DNA of 64,000 bases, from positions 52,489-116,488 of the forward strand of contig CALBIL010000096.1 of assembly GCA_937892945.1 (NCBI GenBank). Reading direction: 5' to 3'. Below, piece by piece: positions 63,906 through 64,000 of the stretch. Below the pieces are notes generated by a model. That model was not told the DNA's origin. It searched no databases and saw nothing but the letters and a program-made list of their open reading frames with translations. Positions within the stretch are counted from its first letter, which is position 1, and each line of letters opens with the position of its first letter. Origin of the DNA: an uncultured euryarchaeote (GTDB lineage: Archaea > Thermoplasmatota > Poseidoniia > Poseidoniales > Poseidoniaceae). Position numbers and translations under genes: made by a program.

Positions 63906-64000
63906 GTATTTCGAGTTTCATTTCAACTTGAATGAATGAAAACCATCAAAGGGCTCCCGCCAAGCCAAAGGTTTGCGAGCCGATTCCATGACCAAGACAA

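Noticed and set aside
1-64000. CRISPR arrays, rRNA genes, IS elements and known defence systems
   Set aside because: I saw no regularly spaced direct repeats, no 16S/23S/5S-like sequence, and no transposase, Cas or restriction motifs in any translated frame. The only tandem DNA repeats are in-frame coding repeats (30553-30672 and 51544-51747).

Overview
Gene-dense, about 90% coding chromosomal segment of an archaeon. Archaeal or eukaryote-type markers are present: ribosomal proteins S19e, L39e, L31e and S17e, proteasome-activating nucleotidase PAN, Kae1, primase PriS, aMBF1 and Tsr3. Many genes have GGTGA-type Shine-Dalgarno sites, and several operon-first genes have a TATA-like box 20-40 nt upstream of the start. 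The gene mix is a giant surface protein, OPT peptide transporter, histidine degradation, futalosine-pathway genes and very acidic proteins. By inference only, this fits a streamlined marine planktonic euryarchaeon of the Marine Group II / Poseidoniales type. I saw no rRNA, CRISPR array, transposase, integrase or obvious defence system. There is one tRNA, Val-GAC. All calls come from reading the ORF translations and the DNA by eye (motifs, start/stop geometry). No database search was run. The ORF track uses GTG and TTG as starts, so I trimmed many 5' ends to the first ATG that has a plausible ribosome-binding site. Candidates for something undescribed, in order: (1) a divergent locus at 29997-33199 encoding a membrane protein with two zinc ribbons, four canonical EF-hands and polyacidic tracts, plus a small zinc-ribbon partner and a DUF835-like protein; (2) a tightly coupled preQ0 operon at 15992-18998 whose QueC has lost all four zinc cysteines and is fused to MsrB, headed by a small ribbon-helix-helix gene with a perfect 8+8 palindrome next to the TATA box; (3) a three-gene operon at 48831-51783 encoding a proline-repeat protein, an RDD-like membrane protein and a membrane-anchored hydrolase; (4) a surface-protein operon at 8033-13224 ending in a 59-aa membrane peptide and a PqqD-like protein. 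Calcium-binding motifs recur across the window: EF-hands, EF-like loops in a TPR protein, TSP3-like repeats and a type II P-type ATPase.
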